64,000 nt of DNA from the human T2T-CHM13v2.0 reference genome, Homo sapiens: NCBI RefSeq assembly GCF_009914755.1, contig NC_060927.1, one strand, 5' to 3'. The position numbers were made by a program, and so were the translations under genes. Of this stretch, positions 60,541 to 64,000 are shown piece after piece (within the stretch, counting starts at the first letter, position 1; every line of letters begins with the position of its first letter). Below the pieces are notes generated by a model. That model was not told the DNA's origin and searched no databases. It saw only the letters and a list, made by a program, of their open reading frames with translations.

Positions 60541-60944
60541 ATGTGGTGGTTAATTATGAAACAGCTAGAAACTTGATGTGCAAGTTTTTCTTCAAGCCAT
60601 CATTGAATTTTAGAGAGTTATCCCTATATAAGCAGTCTTATTTCTTGCCAGAAGAATATATTACCTATGTGATTCCCTAGTGCTGACATTGGCACCATCA
60701 CACACACTGTTGAGTTTTGTTCAGTTCAGTAAGCCTCAGGAAGAACAGAAACAAGATCAAGAGTCAACAAGATGTTCATATATAGGCAATTTCTTTCCTT
60801 TCACTTACTTGAACTCTCATTTCTTCCCTTTATTTTGTTGAAATGGATTGGATTTGCAAGTTATGTCCCTAGGATATTTTTCCCATTTTTCTATGTCTGT
60901 AATTCTATTGATTATCATAGGTAGACAAGGAAATTGCTTGGGAC

Positions 60945-61100
60945 ACTGGTTGTCAGGCCAGAATGACTTGTGAAATCTAGATTTGTTGAATCTGAATTTT
61001 TTCAAGGTAGAGCTTTACAACCTCCAAGTTTGACAAATTTCCTAAATAGTTCTTAAGCAGCCAGCCCAGCACCTAGACATACACTGGTTTTGGAAAACAT
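60945..61100. mobile_element. hAT-Charlie (MER5-like) remnant
   Basis: 'ttgaatctgaattttttcaaggtagag...tttgacaaatttcctaaatagttctta...ggttttggaaaaca' loosely resembles MER5. Confidence 0.35.
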
Positions 61101-61789
61101 CACACTGTGGTCCTAATTCTCTCCTGTTAGAATTGCTACAGAATGAGACAATTGAAAGTAGTTAGGGATGTTCCCAAGATCTACTCATGTTTGATTTTCT
61201 AGATAAATACGGGTGATTTTTAAGAAATCAGAAACTTTGTAAGACACCAAGCCCAGATTTCAAAAGGAATACTTCTTGAAGGAAGATCTAATGAAATAGA
61301 ACACATAATTTTTGAGCAACTACCACAGCAGTCACAGTCCTAGTGATTTATATATGTTGTCTGTGTGGTCTGAAGTTCTGAAGTTTACCATCCCGTGAAT
61401 ACAAATGTGGCAGAGTAGCATGGGGATTTACAGGAAGAGAATGGTCCCCTTGCTTCTATTTTAGACTTCACTTGGTCACCCACACCCAGAAAATTGGTTG
61501 TTCTGTCCTAAATAGATTTCCTACATGCAGTTCCTCCAGTACCCTTTTCTTACCACCCTCTGGACCAGCAGAGAACAGAAAACATCTCAACCTATACATC
61601 CAGGCCAAACTCCCTATGGTCTTCTCCCCTTAGGACCTCTTCACTGAAAAACTTCTTCTTTCTCTTTCTTTCTCTGCCAATCAAATGCAGACATCCTCCA
61701 AAAGCAAATAGATTGTATAGGAGGGTTCATAGACAGGATGTCATCATCAACCTAAAAGTATGTGATTCTCACCTCTGGCCAGCAAGAAC

Positions 61790-61935
61790 ACTCCTTTTCA
61801 TCCAATTTAATCCTATGAGGGGATACAGAAGGAAACTGAGAATCAGAGAGGTTGGGAACCTTGGTCAAGTTCACCAACAGAGAAGGATCCTAACCCAGGG
61901 AGAGCAAACTCTTAAACCTAGAATTATGTGATACT
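61790..61935 (-). mobile_element. MIR SINE
   Basis: 'acagaaggaaactgagaatcagagaggttgggaaccttggtcaagttcac'. Confidence 0.65.
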
Positions 61936-62741
61936 GCTCCCCTCCTCTGAAAAGAGATAGAAATTTGTTGAAATAAAAAGTGGTTAATAGGGCCTTTCCT
62001 TTCAACTTTAGCAGTACCTAGTCACCACCTATGATTATTTCCTCATGAACTGATTACGGGCACTCAAGATTCAACTTCCCTGCCTCTGGTCTGAGGAGGA
62101 GAAGTCTCTGGTTGAGCTGCTTCTGCTATGTGGCAGAACATGAAGTTGTGTAACTGTTTTTCTAAACAGAATCCCTCAGGGCCTTTCACTTATTTTGGGT
62201 CAACTGCCTCACTGCATCTGTTTACAGGGCTGCTTTTACCTGGAGTGTCTAGCCTGCTCATCTTGGTTTCTTCAACTGCCTTGCATTCAGTTTTCACTCT
62301 GCTGCTTAGTCTGGTTCAAAAAGAAAGCAGAAGAGACCAGACTTCTGCCTGCTTCCTGCTGCCTGCTGGGATTCTGCCATATTCTTCAATTCCTGTTTGG
62401 TCGTATCTATTGGGACCATGACTCTATTAGGACCACCAGCCTTGTTCTGAATTTTCTTATTTTCCTCTCTTATACACAATTAATCATGAATTGAGTCCTT
62501 ACTGCTTTGAGCCTTATAGCATTTCTGTTTTTGCAGTCTGATACAGTCCAGTGCTTAGAGAGGCCAAGATCGTATTTCTTCTTTGGCCTTTTTAACAGCA
62601 CAGACCAGAACATCACCTGAATTATCCCAAGCTTTGGAATTCTCTGATGGCTATAAAATAGAAGGCAAGACCACCACCCCACCAGGGAATAATTTAATAA
62701 ATTTGAATTCCATTTGTACTTATATGACAAGGCTGTGGATA

Positions 62742-63072
62742 CAGTTATGCATTGTTTAACAACAGAGATGTTATGAGACATGCATCATTAGGCAATTTCA
62801 TCATTGTGGGAACATCACAGAGTATGCTTACACAAACCTGGATGGTACACCCTACTACGCACCATACAATATAGTATAGCCTATTGCTGCTAGCTACAAA
62901 CCTGTACAGCATGTTACTGTATTGAATACTGTAGGCAAGTGTAACACAATGGTAAGTATTTGTGTATCTAAATATAGAAAAGGTAATGTGTTGCACTACA
63001 ATGTCACAATAGCTATGACCTCGGCAGCTGGAATTTTTCAGCTCCATTATAATCTTATGGGACCATTGTTGT
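62742..63072. mobile_element. Tigger3 (MER7/Golem)-type non-autonomous DNA transposon, right end interrupted
   Basis: TA followed by 'cagttatgcattgtttaacaac'; internal 'gctacaaacctgtacagcatgttactgta' and 'ccattataatcttatgggacca'. Confidence 0.8.
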
Positions 63073-63073
63073 T

Positions 63074-64000
63074 GGAGGGGAATTCAACATTTTTTGAAAA
63101 ATGGCATTAAAAGATAAAATAGAAATATAAACTTCAATTCTCAATATAAGCTCCATCAAGTTAAGACACTTTTGTAATCAATGATATCAGTCATTTAGTT
63201 CATCCCTAAAGAACTGGGAATTTAACTGAAGAAAATGAATGCTCCAAAAAAAAAAAAAAAGAAAAGAAAAAAGAAAATGAATGCTCCTTAAATATTTTAC
63301 TTAAATTTTTTTTTAATTAGGAAACTAAAAGAAGGCAGAAGGAGACAAGACAGGAGCATAAGATGGATGCCAAATGATTTCTCATCAAAATTCTCACAAA
63401 ATTGCCCTTGTTTGGTGAGAGGAATAAGCAGGAGCATTGTTATGGTAGAGAAGGACTCTCTGGTAAAGGTCTCCTGATTGTTTACTGCTAAAGCTTTGGA
63501 TACTTTCTCAAAACACCCTCATAAGTAGATGTTATTTTTCCTTGGCCCTCCAGAAAGTCAAAAAGCAAACTGTCTTGAGCAGCCCACAAAACAGCTGCCA
63601 TGATGTTTGCTCTTGACTAACCTACTTTTGCTTTGACTGGACCACTTCTACCTTTGGGTAGCCATGGCTTTGATTGTGCTCTGTCTTCAGGATTGTACTG
63701 GTAAAGCCATGTTTCATCTCTTGTTACAATTCTTCCAAGAAATGCTTGAGGATCTCAATCTCACTTGTTTAAAATTTGTATTGAAAGCTCTGCTCTTGTC
63801 TGCAGCTAATCTGGGTGCAATGGTCTTGGCACCCATCCAGTGGAAAGTTTGCTCAACTTTAATTTTTTAGACAGAATTGTGTAAGCTGAACTGACTGAGA
63901 TGTCTATTGTATTTGCTATTGTTGTGCTATTAATCATCAGTCTTCTGCAATTAGGGCACAAACAAGGTGAATTTTTTCCTCACAAATTCATGTGGATGGT
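63074..64000 (-). mobile_element. Hsmar2 mariner remnant (continues past window end)
   Basis: 'gagggg..ttcaa...gaaaaatggcattaaaagataaaa...taagctccatcaag...catccctaaagaactg' and 'gactggaccacttctacc' match the Hsmar2 3' end in reverse. Confidence 0.85.
63246..63270 (+). mobile_element. Solo poly(A) insertion with 17-bp TSD
   Basis: aagaaaatgaatgctcc at 63229-63245 and 63271-63287 flanks A15-gaaaagaaaa. Confidence 0.8.

Overview
Primate (human/ape-like) genomic DNA, AT-rich and gene-poor. By hand count roughly 55% is LINE-1, with additional Alu, MaLR LTRs (MLT1/MST/THE1), L2, MIR, Tigger and Hsmar2. I find no supportable host protein-coding gene, RNA gene or CRISPR array; all long ORFs are decayed L1 ORF1/ORF2 pieces or their antisense frames. 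There are three full-length but inactivated L1PA elements (approx. L1PA7 on -, L1PA3 and L1PA6 on +). The most striking structure is at 11651-19390: a 5'-truncated L1PA6-like copy inserted, with a TSD, in opposite orientation into the L1PA7-like element, and its truncation point matches the homologous L1 position of the insertion site. This creates a ~7.7 kb nearly spacer-less quasi-palindrome whose arms share patches of variants absent from the other L1 copies in the window, suggesting arm-to-arm conversion. Other oddities are a templated patchwork insertion in the L1PA3, a fold-back hairpin, a tandem duplication with C-coordinated differences, a solo poly(A) insertion with a 17-bp TSD, and an L1PA-free island (22-33 kb) with enhancer/exon-like motifs. 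Subfamily calls come from remembered diagnostic motifs and need RepeatMasker/Dfam confirmation. I see no evidence of a new multi-gene system.
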